Part shown: positions 35,930-44,597 of the stretch, piece after piece | How positions within the stretch are numbered: the stretch's first letter is position 1 | Layout: every line of letters begins with the position of its first letter | Source of the DNA: a virus | Lineage: Duplodnaviria; Caudoviricetes | Direction: 5' to 3' (one strand) | IMG/VR virus record: IMGVR_UViG_3300010398_000015 | Coordinates: 1-44,597 of that record | Length of the DNA: 44,597 nt | Notes under the pieces: generated by a model | Seen by the model: the letters and a program-made list of their open reading frames with translations, nothing else | Database searches by the model: none | What the model was told of the DNA's origin: nothing | Program-made: the position numbers and the translations under genes

Positions 35930-36587
35930 TTGTAGTCTCCTTCTGATATGCGGATTTGCCCTTGAGTTCACTACGGCGATCCTCTTGGGCTATATAGTCC
36001 AAAACTTCATGACATGCCGTACAGATGATTGCTCCCACAGGGAGACTTGTCATGCAGAATGGACACGCGAATGTCTTGCCCTGCTGTAAGGCTAATGGGG
36101 TCATCCATTCATGATCCTCAGAATTCAGGTCCAAGAGAGTACCAATCTTGCGCTGGAAATCCGAGATCACGTTATGCTGACGGTATCTGACCCAATCATC
36201 GTCAGCCATTTTGACGAGATTTACGAACCATTTGCGCTGTCTGAGCCGCATCTCGTTCATAATCTCCTTTTCTTTCTCAAGAACCTGCTCCAAATTGTAG
36301 TCAGAATCGACCCACCACAATGCAGGTCCAACTTCGTCGCTGATCCCAAGTTGGGCAGTTATGAAATCGTTGACGATCGCCTTAGCGACTACGTCGCTGG
36401 GATCTTTCACCTGAAGCATACCTCGAGATTCGTCGAGATATACATAATGTGTAGCCGTGCCGATATGCAACAGCTTAGGAATTATCGTATCGGACTCTTC
36501 AATGATAAACCTGGGAGGATACAAACCAGGCTTTTCTTCGATGATCTTACACGGCACTAAAGAAACTACTGTACATGCTAGACTCAT
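35904..36587 (-). CDS. Hypothetical protein with C-terminal Zn ribbon
   Basis: GAGGGAG RBS; CPFC...CTAC. Confidence 0.75.
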   Translation of the reverse strand: MSLACTVVSLVPCKIIEEKPGLYPPRFIIEESDTIIPKLLHIGTATHYVYLDESRGMLQVKDPSDVVAKAIVNDFITAQLGISDEVGPALWWVDSDYNLEQVLEKEKEIMNEMRLRQRKWFVNLVKMADDDWVRYRQHNVISDFQRKIGTLLDLNSEDHEWMTPLALQQGKTFACPFCMTSLPVGAIICTACHEVLDYIAQEDRRSELKGKSAYQKETTNASIRNDK

Positions 36588-37126
36588 TTGTCTCCCTCGA
36601 TTGTGGTTGCGGGAAAGCCCTTGAAGAAAATCGCGTTCCTCGTGGCACCGGGCCGCGTTTGAAAATGGGACGGATGATCGTCGAGGCTCTCCTCTATCTG
36701 CTTTATTTCTCGATCCTGTAAATACTCCTCTGTTGGCAATTCGTCTCGTTTAACTTTACCTTCTAAGGCAGAAATCAGAAATTCGACTACACGCCTCGTG
36801 GGAGGAAGATACGTTCCGGTTCCGGATTCAAATACATATACCGGAACATAATCGCCTCCCGAAGCATCCGGTAGTTCTGGGCTTCTTGTGATGTTTCCAG
36901 GAGCAAACATCTCAAAGATCCACCGATGGTGTATGTAATTGTACTTCCTAACTTTACGGACCTCGGTAACTTCTCGGATTAAAATTCCGCCTTCAGTAAA
37001 TGTTCTAAACGTTCCAAGTCTATTTTCATAGATGTCCTCTGACCATACTAATCTGTAAATTGGCTTCTTCTCCAGATTAGTATACTGGTTGGTTAACCAT
37101 TCGTTGATTATTTCGATATCCGTCAC
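36584..37126 (-). CDS. Hypothetical protein after the major capsid gene
   Basis: GGAGG RBS before GTG 37126; the track ATG at 37159 lies inside the terminator hairpin. Confidence 0.7.
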   Translation of the reverse strand: MTDIEIINEWLTNQYTNLEKKPIYRLVWSEDIYENRLGTFRTFTEGGILIREVTEVRKVRKYNYIHHRWIFEMFAPGNITRSPELPDASGGDYVPVYVFESGTGTYLPPTRRVVEFLISALEGKVKRDELPTEEYLQDREIKQIEESLDDHPSHFQTRPGATRNAIFFKGFPATTIEGDK

Positions 37127-37135
37127 AGACCCTCC

Positions 37136-37178
37136 AAAAATGTTGGGGTAACCCCTCATGCAGTGAAGAGTTACCCCA
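37136..37178 (-). terminator. Terminator after the major capsid gene
   Basis: TGGGGTAACTCTTCA / TGAGGGGTTACCCCA (15 bp with G-U pairs) followed by ACATTTTT. Confidence 0.7.
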
Positions 37179-37192
37179 TGCAGGCTGAGAGA

Positions 37193-38458
37193 TCAGTATC
37201 CCGCGAGGACTGCGAGGTTATAGATGTAGCTGGCACCAGCGGGTTGATTCATGAAGAGGTTGAAGCTGGCGACGATGTAGAAGATCCAACCGGCGGCCAC
37301 ACCACCCGAGGGACCGCGGAGTTCCCAGACTCTCTGGTTGTTATCCGGATTTTGGTAGAAACCGGGTGTCCGTAATTCGGCGCGCCCCCATACGGTTTCA
37401 TCAATGAAGTCAATCCGAGTACGATCCCATGAATAATGGCATCGGACGGGGGCTCCGGCCATTCGCATGTTATCGTTAAAGTACATGTCGAGCCCTTGCT
37501 CGCGGGCTTCCTTATCAATTCGAATGACATTGAATCCTAACTCTTCGTATGCGGCTTGTTGAGCCTTGTGCATCCAGGCTGTGAGTCTGGAGTCATGATT
37601 GATCCCAATTCGGTCCCCGATTTTGTTGATGGCAAGTCTAGGGAGAGGCAAAGTGAGAGCCACTCCATTTGCGTTAACGGCATTCGCCCGAATTTCCGGA
37701 TTGATAGCTCGGTTAAATCCCAACCAGGTCCCAACCGATGCATTATTGTTGTGATATTTGACGCCATAGAGTCCTACAGGTGGGACCATTTGAAGGCCAT
37801 CTGCCACAATAAGGTCGCCAGGAACAATTCCTGGAACTGTGGCATTAAGCATGATGGTATTTTGAGCGAGGTCATAGTAAATGATTTGTGGCTCACCTCC
37901 AAGAGTACGACATGATGTGAGCGTACTGTTGAAGATGTTAATGAGTTGTTTTGGACGGAGCAGTCTTGCTCGAAAACCATCCGTCGTGAATGTGAGTGTG
38001 TCATTTGGGAGGTTGGTCGTAGTTACGGTGGTGATTGTCGCCATCGTACCCGTACCGTCCGTCATGGCCTGACTGTCGACATCCCTCCTAAACTGCTTCA
38101 TCTCGACTGCCAGACTATGACGGAAGGCATTTATGACGGCCTTACGGGTGTTGTCCGTCGACCAGACGGTCTTCGCCGTCATTTCAACTCGATGGACAAG
38201 ATGTACTGAGTTAATGACGGCTTTGTCGAAGTCGGAGATGTCTCCACGACCCATATCGCCGCCGTCTGGATTGTAATATCCAGTGTTTCCATTTGGACGC
38301 ATTTCAAGAGGTATTCGCATATCCCTTGAAGAAATAACTTCGACTGGGCGCTTCTCAATCGTGGCATAAAATACATCATCACGATCGAAAAGTGCCGGAA
38401 CTTTTGGCAGTACCCTCTCTAGTTCTGTCCCCAGAACTTGTGCTTCATTACCGGCCAT
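37193..38458 (-). CDS. Major capsid protein
   Basis: 421 aa, AGGAG RBS, follows the scaffold and precedes a terminator; long helix FRRDVDSQAMTDGTG. Confidence 0.8.
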   Translation of the reverse strand: MAGNEAQVLGTELERVLPKVPALFDRDDVFYATIEKRPVEVISSRDMRIPLEMRPNGNTGYYNPDGGDMGRGDISDFDKAVINSVHLVHRVEMTAKTVWSTDNTRKAVINAFRHSLAVEMKQFRRDVDSQAMTDGTGTMATITTVTTTNLPNDTLTFTTDGFRARLLRPKQLINIFNSTLTSCRTLGGEPQIIYYDLAQNTIMLNATVPGIVPGDLIVADGLQMVPPVGLYGVKYHNNNASVGTWLGFNRAINPEIRANAVNANGVALTLPLPRLAINKIGDRIGINHDSRLTAWMHKAQQAAYEELGFNVIRIDKEAREQGLDMYFNDNMRMAGAPVRCHYSWDRTRIDFIDETVWGRAELRTPGFYQNPDNNQRVWELRGPSGGVAAGWIFYIVASFNLFMNQPAGASYIYNLAVLAGY

Positions 38459-38467
38459 AAAACACTC

Positions 38468-39697
38468 CTAGTCTTTATATTTGACATCATCATTGAGGAT
38501 GTCAGAGTCAGAGGTTTTACGGTAGTCAATCTTTTTCGGATTATAGTCGTGGCGATCGCCTGCTGGCGCTCTACCATTACTCGCCGTCCGGGGCGGGACA
38601 GATGCTACCCTCCTGAGTTTTTCTCCGGCTACTCGAGATCTTCTCCCGAGGGCTTCGGAGACGTATTTGCTTCTGAGAGCAGGAGCCATTGCTCGTGCCC
38701 TACTTAAGTAAGCGCTAATAATCTTTTCCTTGTCGACATTCCTACGACCATTGGTTTTGGCTCTAGTCCAGAGGGAATCCATGAACTTTAGATGAGAGGT
38801 ATCTGATGCCAGAGCGGCGCCAATGTCTTGAACTACGTGATCTACGATAGTTTGAGTAATGAACGGGCTTAAGGACCCATCAGGATCGATCTTGGTTTTA
38901 CCAGTTTTCTCGTCGAAACCGATAATCATCTCGTCCAACTGACTCCTCAAGTCAGACTCCAGCGAGCTACGGAACTCGAGATGTTTCCGATCCTCCCATT
39001 CCTTCTTTTCCTGGTCGAGTTTGGTTTGACCTTCGTCTTGTTGAGCCTTAGATGTGGCCTTTCCTTCGGCGATATCCGACTTCCCAAAGAAGAACTGGCT
39101 CAAATGGAGAGCGGCATTCTTAATATTCTCATCGCCCTCGAGCCTACCTTTGTTGAACATTGCGCGCGCTACGTCTTCAATCAAGGGATTCGCCGCTTTC
39201 CAGAAAGCATTCATGTTGGTCTTCGTAAGATTCGCGAGGAAACCTCCAGCGAACCTCTCCAGACCTTTAGGGTCGACGTTATTCACAGCTGACATGAATT
39301 TTGTTCCGTCGCCATTGAAAACATCATCGCGGATATTAGCGAACGCAGAATTATTCTCCGAAGCCTCCTTCGCATCTTCAACTGTCGGGAATAACTTGGC
39401 GTACTCAGCCTCGCGGAAATACATATCCCGCATAGAGGGGAACTTTTTAAAGAAATCCGGATATGCCTCATTGATGTTCTTTAGACTTGGTCTGTCGAAG
39501 GGGTGCGCGGACGGTATTTCCGATTCAGCTTCTTCTCCTTCAGCCTCTTCTCCCTCTTCTCCCTCCTCCGCAGCTTCCAGTTCTTCTTCGGCAGGGGATT
39601 CCTCTTCCTCTTCTTCGACTACGGCAGACTCGTCGTTCAGTTCGGCGAGATCGTTTTCAACAGTCGAAGATGATCCATCGACTCCGTCGGTGGCCAT
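38468..39697 (-). CDS. Putative scaffolding protein
   Basis: Very acidic N-terminus, helical body, directly before the capsid gene; start placed after the ATP-grasp stop. Confidence 0.7.
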   Translation of the reverse strand: MATDGVDGSSSTVENDLAELNDESAVVEEEEEESPAEEELEAAEEGEEGEEAEGEEAESEIPSAHPFDRPSLKNINEAYPDFFKKFPSMRDMYFREAEYAKLFPTVEDAKEASENNSAFANIRDDVFNGDGTKFMSAVNNVDPKGLERFAGGFLANLTKTNMNAFWKAANPLIEDVARAMFNKGRLEGDENIKNAALHLSQFFFGKSDIAEGKATSKAQQDEGQTKLDQEKKEWEDRKHLEFRSSLESDLRSQLDEMIIGFDEKTGKTKIDPDGSLSPFITQTIVDHVVQDIGAALASDTSHLKFMDSLWTRAKTNGRRNVDKEKIISAYLSRARAMAPALRSKYVSEALGRRSRVAGEKLRRVASVPPRTASNGRAPAGDRHDYNPKKIDYRKTSDSDILNDDVKYKD

Positions 39698-39699
39698 TC

Positions 39700-40968
39700 T
39701 TAAGATTTCTTTATTCCACATAAGACCTCACATGCTTCCTGGAACATGTCTGGCAGGACGATTTGTAAATCAGTCCTGTATTGTTTGTCAGGAATACTAG
39801 CTCCTTCCAAGATTTCATAAGGTATAGTCAAGCAATCAACCACATCATCCGCAGCGTCTGATACAACTGCAATTACTCCCGTTCCCGAACTGTGTACCAG
39901 TTCACCTTCCCACTTCATCACTTCATAATAGTACGCATCCTCGAGTCCTTTAATCGGAACCCCAATGTTCGGACTCTGAGATAAAACCTTCTTCACATCC
40001 GTCGTAGGCTCGATCGGATATGGAGGGATCGAAATACGGACACCACCAGCAATCAAGTCGTGAAGACGCATTTCGTCGGTCTGACCCAGAGTAATATCTG
40101 CAATCAGTTTCCCAATGTCGCCATCTACGAGGCGTAGGAACGTAGGCATCGCGTCTAGACCAAATCTTGGTGTCCATTCAAGCCCCATCGGTCCCTGTTC
40201 TGATAATATTGCATTAAGGTCTATGCACCCAACAAAGCTCTCCTTAATGAGGTCATCCTCTAGAGCCAACATTAAAGCCGTTACTTCGTCCTCATCAGCC
40301 TCCCAAACTAAGTTTCCTTGGCACCCAGTGGACGGTCCCAGATTATCATTAAGGAATTTTTTGACTTCGACGGTATGATTTGCAGGACGTATGAAGCCAT
40401 TAGGCCCAACCCAAAACTCCGTGCTAACAATCGGTCCTTCCACGAACGTTTGGAGTACGAAATCTTCGATTTTAGAGACAAAGTACCGTCCCACAAAACG
40501 CAAGTATGACAATAAGTCATCTCGATCCTCCGCACAATAGGTTAGTTTGCAAGGCAAATCCTCCCCATTGGGTTTGAAAACGAATTTTTCGTCCCTCTTT
40601 CGTTCCTTCACCCAATCAATAGCTTGGACGAAGGTAGTAAAAATCTTCGTTTCGGGTATTTGAATGCCATGACCCTGCATGTAAGATAGGCCAAAGTCCC
40701 GCTCTTGTTCGAGCTTATCAGCGAATGCCGAACCACCGAATACTTTAAATCCTCGTTTCCGATAACCATCAGCCTCTTTACCCATCCCATCAGTGTCCAC
40801 AATAATAATGGACCCCTCTTTAGGGTTCTCACTTTTTGTGAGGATACCGTCGAAAGCAGAAGTGTAGTCTTTGCCTTCAATGTTGACGGTGCATTCATTT
40901 CCTTCCTCCTGAATGCGCTGCATTAGCCCACAGCCTTCTCCACAACCCGATAATAGATGAAATTTCAT
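39700..40968 (-). CDS. PurD (GAR synthetase)-like ATP-grasp ligase, divergent
   Basis: VFGGSAFADKLE, FVFKP, LQTFVEG, GPSTGCQG, IDLN, LEWTPRFG and QYRTDL are colinear with PurD motifs. Confidence 0.85.
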   Translation of the reverse strand: MKFHLLSGCGEGCGLMQRIQEEGNECTVNIEGKDYTSAFDGILTKSENPKEGSIIIVDTDGMGKEADGYRKRGFKVFGGSAFADKLEQERDFGLSYMQGHGIQIPETKIFTTFVQAIDWVKERKRDEKFVFKPNGEDLPCKLTYCAEDRDDLLSYLRFVGRYFVSKIEDFVLQTFVEGPIVSTEFWVGPNGFIRPANHTVEVKKFLNDNLGPSTGCQGNLVWEADEDEVTALMLALEDDLIKESFVGCIDLNAILSEQGPMGLEWTPRFGLDAMPTFLRLVDGDIGKLIADITLGQTDEMRLHDLIAGGVRISIPPYPIEPTTDVKKVLSQSPNIGVPIKGLEDAYYYEVMKWEGELVHSSGTGVIAVVSDAADDVVDCLTIPYEILEGASIPDKQYRTDLQIVLPDMFQEACEVLCGIKKS

Positions 40969-43229
40969 CGCCCCATTCCGTTCGGCGCAGGGGGTCTCTG
41001 AGGTGCGTTGGCACCCTGAGGCTGCTGCTTCGATGCTGGAGGAACCATTGACCGAATCGCTGCACGTCTTATCTGTTCCATTTGCTTGGTCGCCACGTAC
41101 TGATCGGTCATTTTTTGCATGTTATCATCTTGTTGTTGATTATGATTCTGAAGATGCATTTGCAAATGCTGCGAAACTATCTCATAAGCCTTAGGATTGA
41201 CCTTTTTCAGCTCTAGACCTCTCTCACTAGCGAGATAGTTTCGACAGACTTCAATATGTATACCATCATCATCAACAAGAGGATCAATATTGACAGGAGT
41301 ACCTCGCAGCATATCACCAATTTCAGTAGCTTGCTTAATCTGCTGTTCCTCACCGGGGATATACAGCTCAGTAAAACCGACGAGGTCAGCAATAATGCGG
41401 CGATTCTCAGGGTCAAAAAGTGCGTTATTAACGAATTCATTGTTAAGCTGTAGGAGCTGATAAAATAATCCCTGCTTTTGAGGTATAGACATTGGGAAGC
41501 TATCTGCCCCTACGGGCTCTACTTCACCAACGTGACCCGTCATATCTGCTTTCCTGATCCAAACATTAACGTAATTGTCCTTCTTAGCTTGATCTGGAAC
41601 GACGAAACGCTCATCCTCGATCAAGTTTTCGACATAAAGATGAACACAACGCTCCATCAACTTAGCCCATGCCTGGACAAACAACGCCCAACAGATAGAT
41701 AATCTCTGAAGGGCCTGTACGCGGGACTGTTGATACTCGCCCAGCGTGCGGGAGGCAACTTCCCCAGGCCCTCCATAGAGAGAAGGATAGTCTCCGACGA
41801 CGAACTGACCATCCTTATCAAGCTGATTAAGGAAGTCACCCACTTCCTTAGCCAACGTGGCGCGCCCTGTTTCAAAGAATGACTGATCTAACGCTTGTCC
41901 CGGCCTTGGTCTCGCGGGATAAATATACCCTGGACGAGCTTCATGCTTTGCGTATACACCAAAATTAAGAACATCGGGATCAGCAAAGAAAGATCCAATA
42001 CTTTGTTCAACAGTCTCTGCCGTGAGGTTAATGTTAATGTTTCGTAGCTCTTGTACCGGGATGAGTGGTTGCCCCAACGCATCCGCGTGTATATAATCCG
42101 CCAGACCAGGCTTAAAAACAGACCAATGCTTGTCCATATCCTGATCGTCAACATCGGCGAATATCTTTCCACACTCAGCAACGTAGGCTCCATTGGGATA
42201 TAGTTTGTATAACTTCTTCTTTACGTCCTCTTTGTCAACTGGGAGACCTTCATAAGACCAAGGTCTCAACCAGGTCTGACGATGTGTTATAAGATCTTGG
42301 TTATCGTCGGCGCGATTGAACGAGGTGAACGAACTTGGAGTCCTTCCCATACGTTCATACATATGAGCATCTGACTCTGTCATATCCATTTTTTCCGCTA
42401 TCCACGGATAGACTGACTTCATGAGCGGCTTTGGCCGATCATGTTGAAGAATGAGGTAGCCGGAATCCCGGAGATCCATTGCCCAGAATGAAGTCTTGAC
42501 GAAAAGTCCTCCATAAGGCTCGATAAGAACTCTGGACTTTGGGGATTCTTGGATACTATCCAGTACTGTATTTGCTTCGAGGGGTGTACCACAATTTGGG
42601 CAAGGATGTAGTCCGGAGAGGAGATCTTCCTCATCATCAACAGGGACTTCCTGTCCACAACTAGGACAAGATAGGACCTTTTTGTAATTCTCAATGTGAG
42701 TAACGCCAAAAGTTCGATCAGATTTCGGCGCGTGATACCAATAGACATTGCCTTGATTCCAAGCTATCAAGAACGATTGAAGCATCAAATTCTTGATATT
42801 ATTATGCCTTTGAATTAGGTCTGCAATTTTCGCATACGTCTTAGAAGTAAGGAGATCATCATCATCTTCAGCATCATCGGGTGGGAACCTAACTGCTGGT
42901 ACTTGAGCAGACAGAGCTGAGATAATTGCTTCTCCGTGACTTCTAAAGATGTTGATAACGAAATCGTAAAAAGGTCCCTCGACTCCTTCTCTTCCCTCGT
43001 CTTCTTGGAACCAGCGAGTCTCGACAGGAAGTAACCAATCCTGTCGAGACTCGGACCAAAATATGTACTGTATTCCATGCCAGAACTCTGAATTTTTCTT
43101 CCAGAGCTTAATCTGCTGTTTTCGGACCCAACCATCTTCTTTTTCATATTTATGGACGAGGAACTTCAACGCCTCCTGAACATCTTCAGGAACGTCCTTA
43201 GTCGGGTCCTTTTTAGAAACAGCAGGCAT
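40965..43229 (-). CDS. Portal protein (podovirus/P22-like) with Zn-ribbon insert
   Basis: 754 aa; FWHGIQY, INIFR..GE, ALGQPLIPVQ..N motifs; Q/P-rich tail; upstream of scaffold and capsid. Confidence 0.8.
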   Translation of the reverse strand: MPAVSKKDPTKDVPEDVQEALKFLVHKYEKEDGWVRKQQIKLWKKNSEFWHGIQYIFWSESRQDWLLPVETRWFQEDEGREGVEGPFYDFVINIFRSHGEAIISALSAQVPAVRFPPDDAEDDDDLLTSKTYAKIADLIQRHNNIKNLMLQSFLIAWNQGNVYWYHAPKSDRTFGVTHIENYKKVLSCPSCGQEVPVDDEEDLLSGLHPCPNCGTPLEANTVLDSIQESPKSRVLIEPYGGLFVKTSFWAMDLRDSGYLILQHDRPKPLMKSVYPWIAEKMDMTESDAHMYERMGRTPSSFTSFNRADDNQDLITHRQTWLRPWSYEGLPVDKEDVKKKLYKLYPNGAYVAECGKIFADVDDQDMDKHWSVFKPGLADYIHADALGQPLIPVQELRNININLTAETVEQSIGSFFADPDVLNFGVYAKHEARPGYIYPARPRPGQALDQSFFETGRATLAKEVGDFLNQLDKDGQFVVGDYPSLYGGPGEVASRTLGEYQQSRVQALQRLSICWALFVQAWAKLMERCVHLYVENLIEDERFVVPDQAKKDNYVNVWIRKADMTGHVGEVEPVGADSFPMSIPQKQGLFYQLLQLNNEFVNNALFDPENRRIIADLVGFTELYIPGEEQQIKQATEIGDMLRGTPVNIDPLVDDDGIHIEVCRNYLASERGLELKKVNPKAYEIVSQHLQMHLQNHNQQQDDNMQKMTDQYVATKQMEQIRRAAIRSMVPPASKQQPQGANAPQRPPAPNGMGR

Positions 43230-43233
43230 CTAA

Positions 43234-43782
43234 TTACCTTCGAGGGGGATTCGCTCCTCTTTGTGTCCCCGGACCACCGGGCGACGGCGGATGAGTTCCG
43301 GTCGGAGTAAATGTAATGTCCCCCGCTACAGCTTCCCCCGAGATGGTGGTTATATCGATAATGGCTGTAACTTTCCGGACTCCCTCCCCCAGATCCGCGT
43401 CGGCCGTGGCGTGTATCGATGCCGACCCTATAGGACCTGGTGCATAAGCGTTGGCGATTTGAGGATTGCCGGACGATACGGTAACTTGCACTACAGACTC
43501 ATCGGTAGAAGTCCACGTAGTTGGACCATCTACCTTAACCGTGCCGCCGCTCGCGTCCTTCCACTCTACAGAAACCACCGCCATGCTTCCGACTTGCATG
43601 TCAGCGGTTGAACGTTGAGATACTGCCTGCCCTGTTGGTGATTGTCCCACGACACTTACTCCTTTAAAAGTGAAATTACCTACTTTGAACGTAATCTCAG
43701 CAAATTGCCACACAACTTGCTGATGAATAACTACTAGTGGCGTTCCGAAACTAATTTTGAGGTCACACATTTTATTTCCCAC
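43234..43782 (-). CDS. Ig-like domain virion protein
   Basis: VSVEWKDASG..VDGPTTWTSTDESVVQV...HATADADLGEG; start uncertain (43782 or 43770). Confidence 0.65.
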   Translation of the reverse strand: MGNKMCDLKISFGTPLVVIHQQVVWQFAEITFKVGNFTFKGVSVVGQSPTGQAVSQRSTADMQVGSMAVVSVEWKDASGGTVKVDGPTTWTSTDESVVQVTVSSGNPQIANAYAPGPIGSASIHATADADLGEGVRKVTAIIDITTISGEAVAGDITFTPTGTHPPSPGGPGTQRGANPPRR

Positions 43783-44038
43783 GCTTTGGATGAAAGATAT
43801 CTCCGTGATCTTTTGCCTCTTCTTTCTTCACCTCCTTTTCTTCTTTTTTCTTATCCTCTTTAGAGGTCTCTTTAGAGGTCGATTTCTCTGAGGTACCAAC
43901 CTCCAATGTTCCCAGGAAATTTGGGATTCTCACGTTGGGACCCTGAGCTAAACTCCAACCAGGGTCGTTCCCTGCTGGCGGGACGTTGGTTTGTACCGAT
44001 TGTGGGTTAATAAATACTGGACTAAGACCTGGAAACAT
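43772..44038 (-). CDS. Hypothetical protein
   Basis: GGAGGA RBS; charged C-terminus. Confidence 0.65.
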   Translation of the reverse strand: MFPGLSPVFINPQSVQTNVPPAGNDPGWSLAQGPNVRIPNFLGTLEVGTSEKSTSKETSKEDKKKEEKEVKKEEAKDHGDIFHPKRGK

Positions 44039-44384
44039 TTTCTTCCTCCACTGGCATTTGTGAGATTAATGGCATCCACCATGATTTATCCCGTGCAAGA
44101 ACTACACGATAACTATCTATGGCACGGGTTATCCTGGAGGAATCCGCATCGCTGAGTTTGAACTCTTTCACATAACCATCGCTATTCAATGCCCAGGTTG
44201 CGTACTCCTGACCATTAGGTGTCCTGTGTTTTTCATATGAAATCGATTTCTTTTCTTCATCCGAAAGATCGATTTCATCTTGCAACTTACAAATAGCGTG
44301 TATCTCGCGCCGCCCTTGAACTTCCATCGAATCCAAGACAGCAATCATGTTAAGACGCTGTGTGTAGTTAAGTTTAAGTGTCAT
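44022..44384 (-). CDS. Hypothetical protein (possible fibre assembly chaperone)
   Basis: 120 aa helical ORF following the fibre cassette on the circular map. Confidence 0.65.
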   Translation of the reverse strand: MTLKLNYTQRLNMIAVLDSMEVQGRREIHAICKLQDEIDLSDEEKKSISYEKHRTPNGQEYATWALNSDGYVKEFKLSDADSSRITRAIDSYRVVLARDKSWWMPLISQMPVEEENVSRS

Positions 44385-44390
44385 ATTCTT

Positions 44391-44597
44391 CTAAATCAAT
44401 TCCTGAACCACTTCCTCGACGGCGGTCTGCAACGTGGCGTCGTCGATGGCGGAGCCCTGAGTCTGGACGTTCGGGTCCATCACGGTCGGCGGCTGGACCT
44501 GCTGCGCGACCATATTCGGGTTCTGGTAACAACTCGCCGCCCACTTGAGGCGCGCGTTATGCGCCGTGACGTTGGATGGCTCGTTCATGATATAGGC
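44391..44597 (-). CDS. C-terminal part of a second allele of the 1-333 gene
   Basis: Same protein with 6 amino-acid differences; supplies the stop codon. Confidence 0.85.
   Translation of the reverse strand, partial: AYIMNEPSNVTAHNARLKWAASCYQNPNMVAQQVQPPTVMDPNVQTQGSAIDDATLQTAVEEVVQELI
44397..44597. repeat. Imperfect terminal direct repeat, right copy
   Basis: 186/201 identical to 1-201. Confidence 0.95.

Noticed and set aside
39054-39800. 248 aa antisense ORF (also 15752-16363 and 8579-9157)
   Set aside because: Antisense mirrors of Glu-rich or otherwise well-supported genes.
10369-44597. Alternative genetic code or stop-codon readthrough
   Set aside because: All core genes are intact in the standard code, and TAA, TAG and TGA are all used as stops.

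Overview
This window reads as an essentially complete, circularly permuted ~44.4 kb tailed-phage genome with podovirus-like structural genes and no recognisable integrase or repressor. The ends overlap by 201 bp, but the two copies differ at 15 positions. The + strand arm (10369-26100) holds small early genes and replication/recombination genes: an SNF2 helicase, a Cas4-like PD-(D/E)xK nuclease, a Sak4-like ATPase, an SSB-like protein, a ParB-methyltransferase fusion, a UDG-family-4/PolA fusion and a DUF3987-like ATPase. The - strand arm runs from 9174 through the junction to 26093: terS, terL, fibre genes, portal, a PurD-like ATP-grasp ligase, scaffold, major capsid, adaptors, tail and ejection proteins. 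The arms diverge from a ~1.2 kb non-coding region with a sigma70 promoter, an array of short palindromes and a candidate ~530 nt structured RNA. Most notable: (1) a PurD-like ATP-grasp enzyme with altered substrate motifs inside the head-assembly operon; (2) the candidate ncRNA and nearby RNase III-like hairpins; (3) a helicase that appears to start at ACG; (4) a PolA with His at the E. coli F762 position, fused to a UDG lacking Fe-S ligands; (5) a GC-shifted, allele-variable fibre cassette placed between terL and portal. All calls come from reading motifs by eye; no database searches were run.
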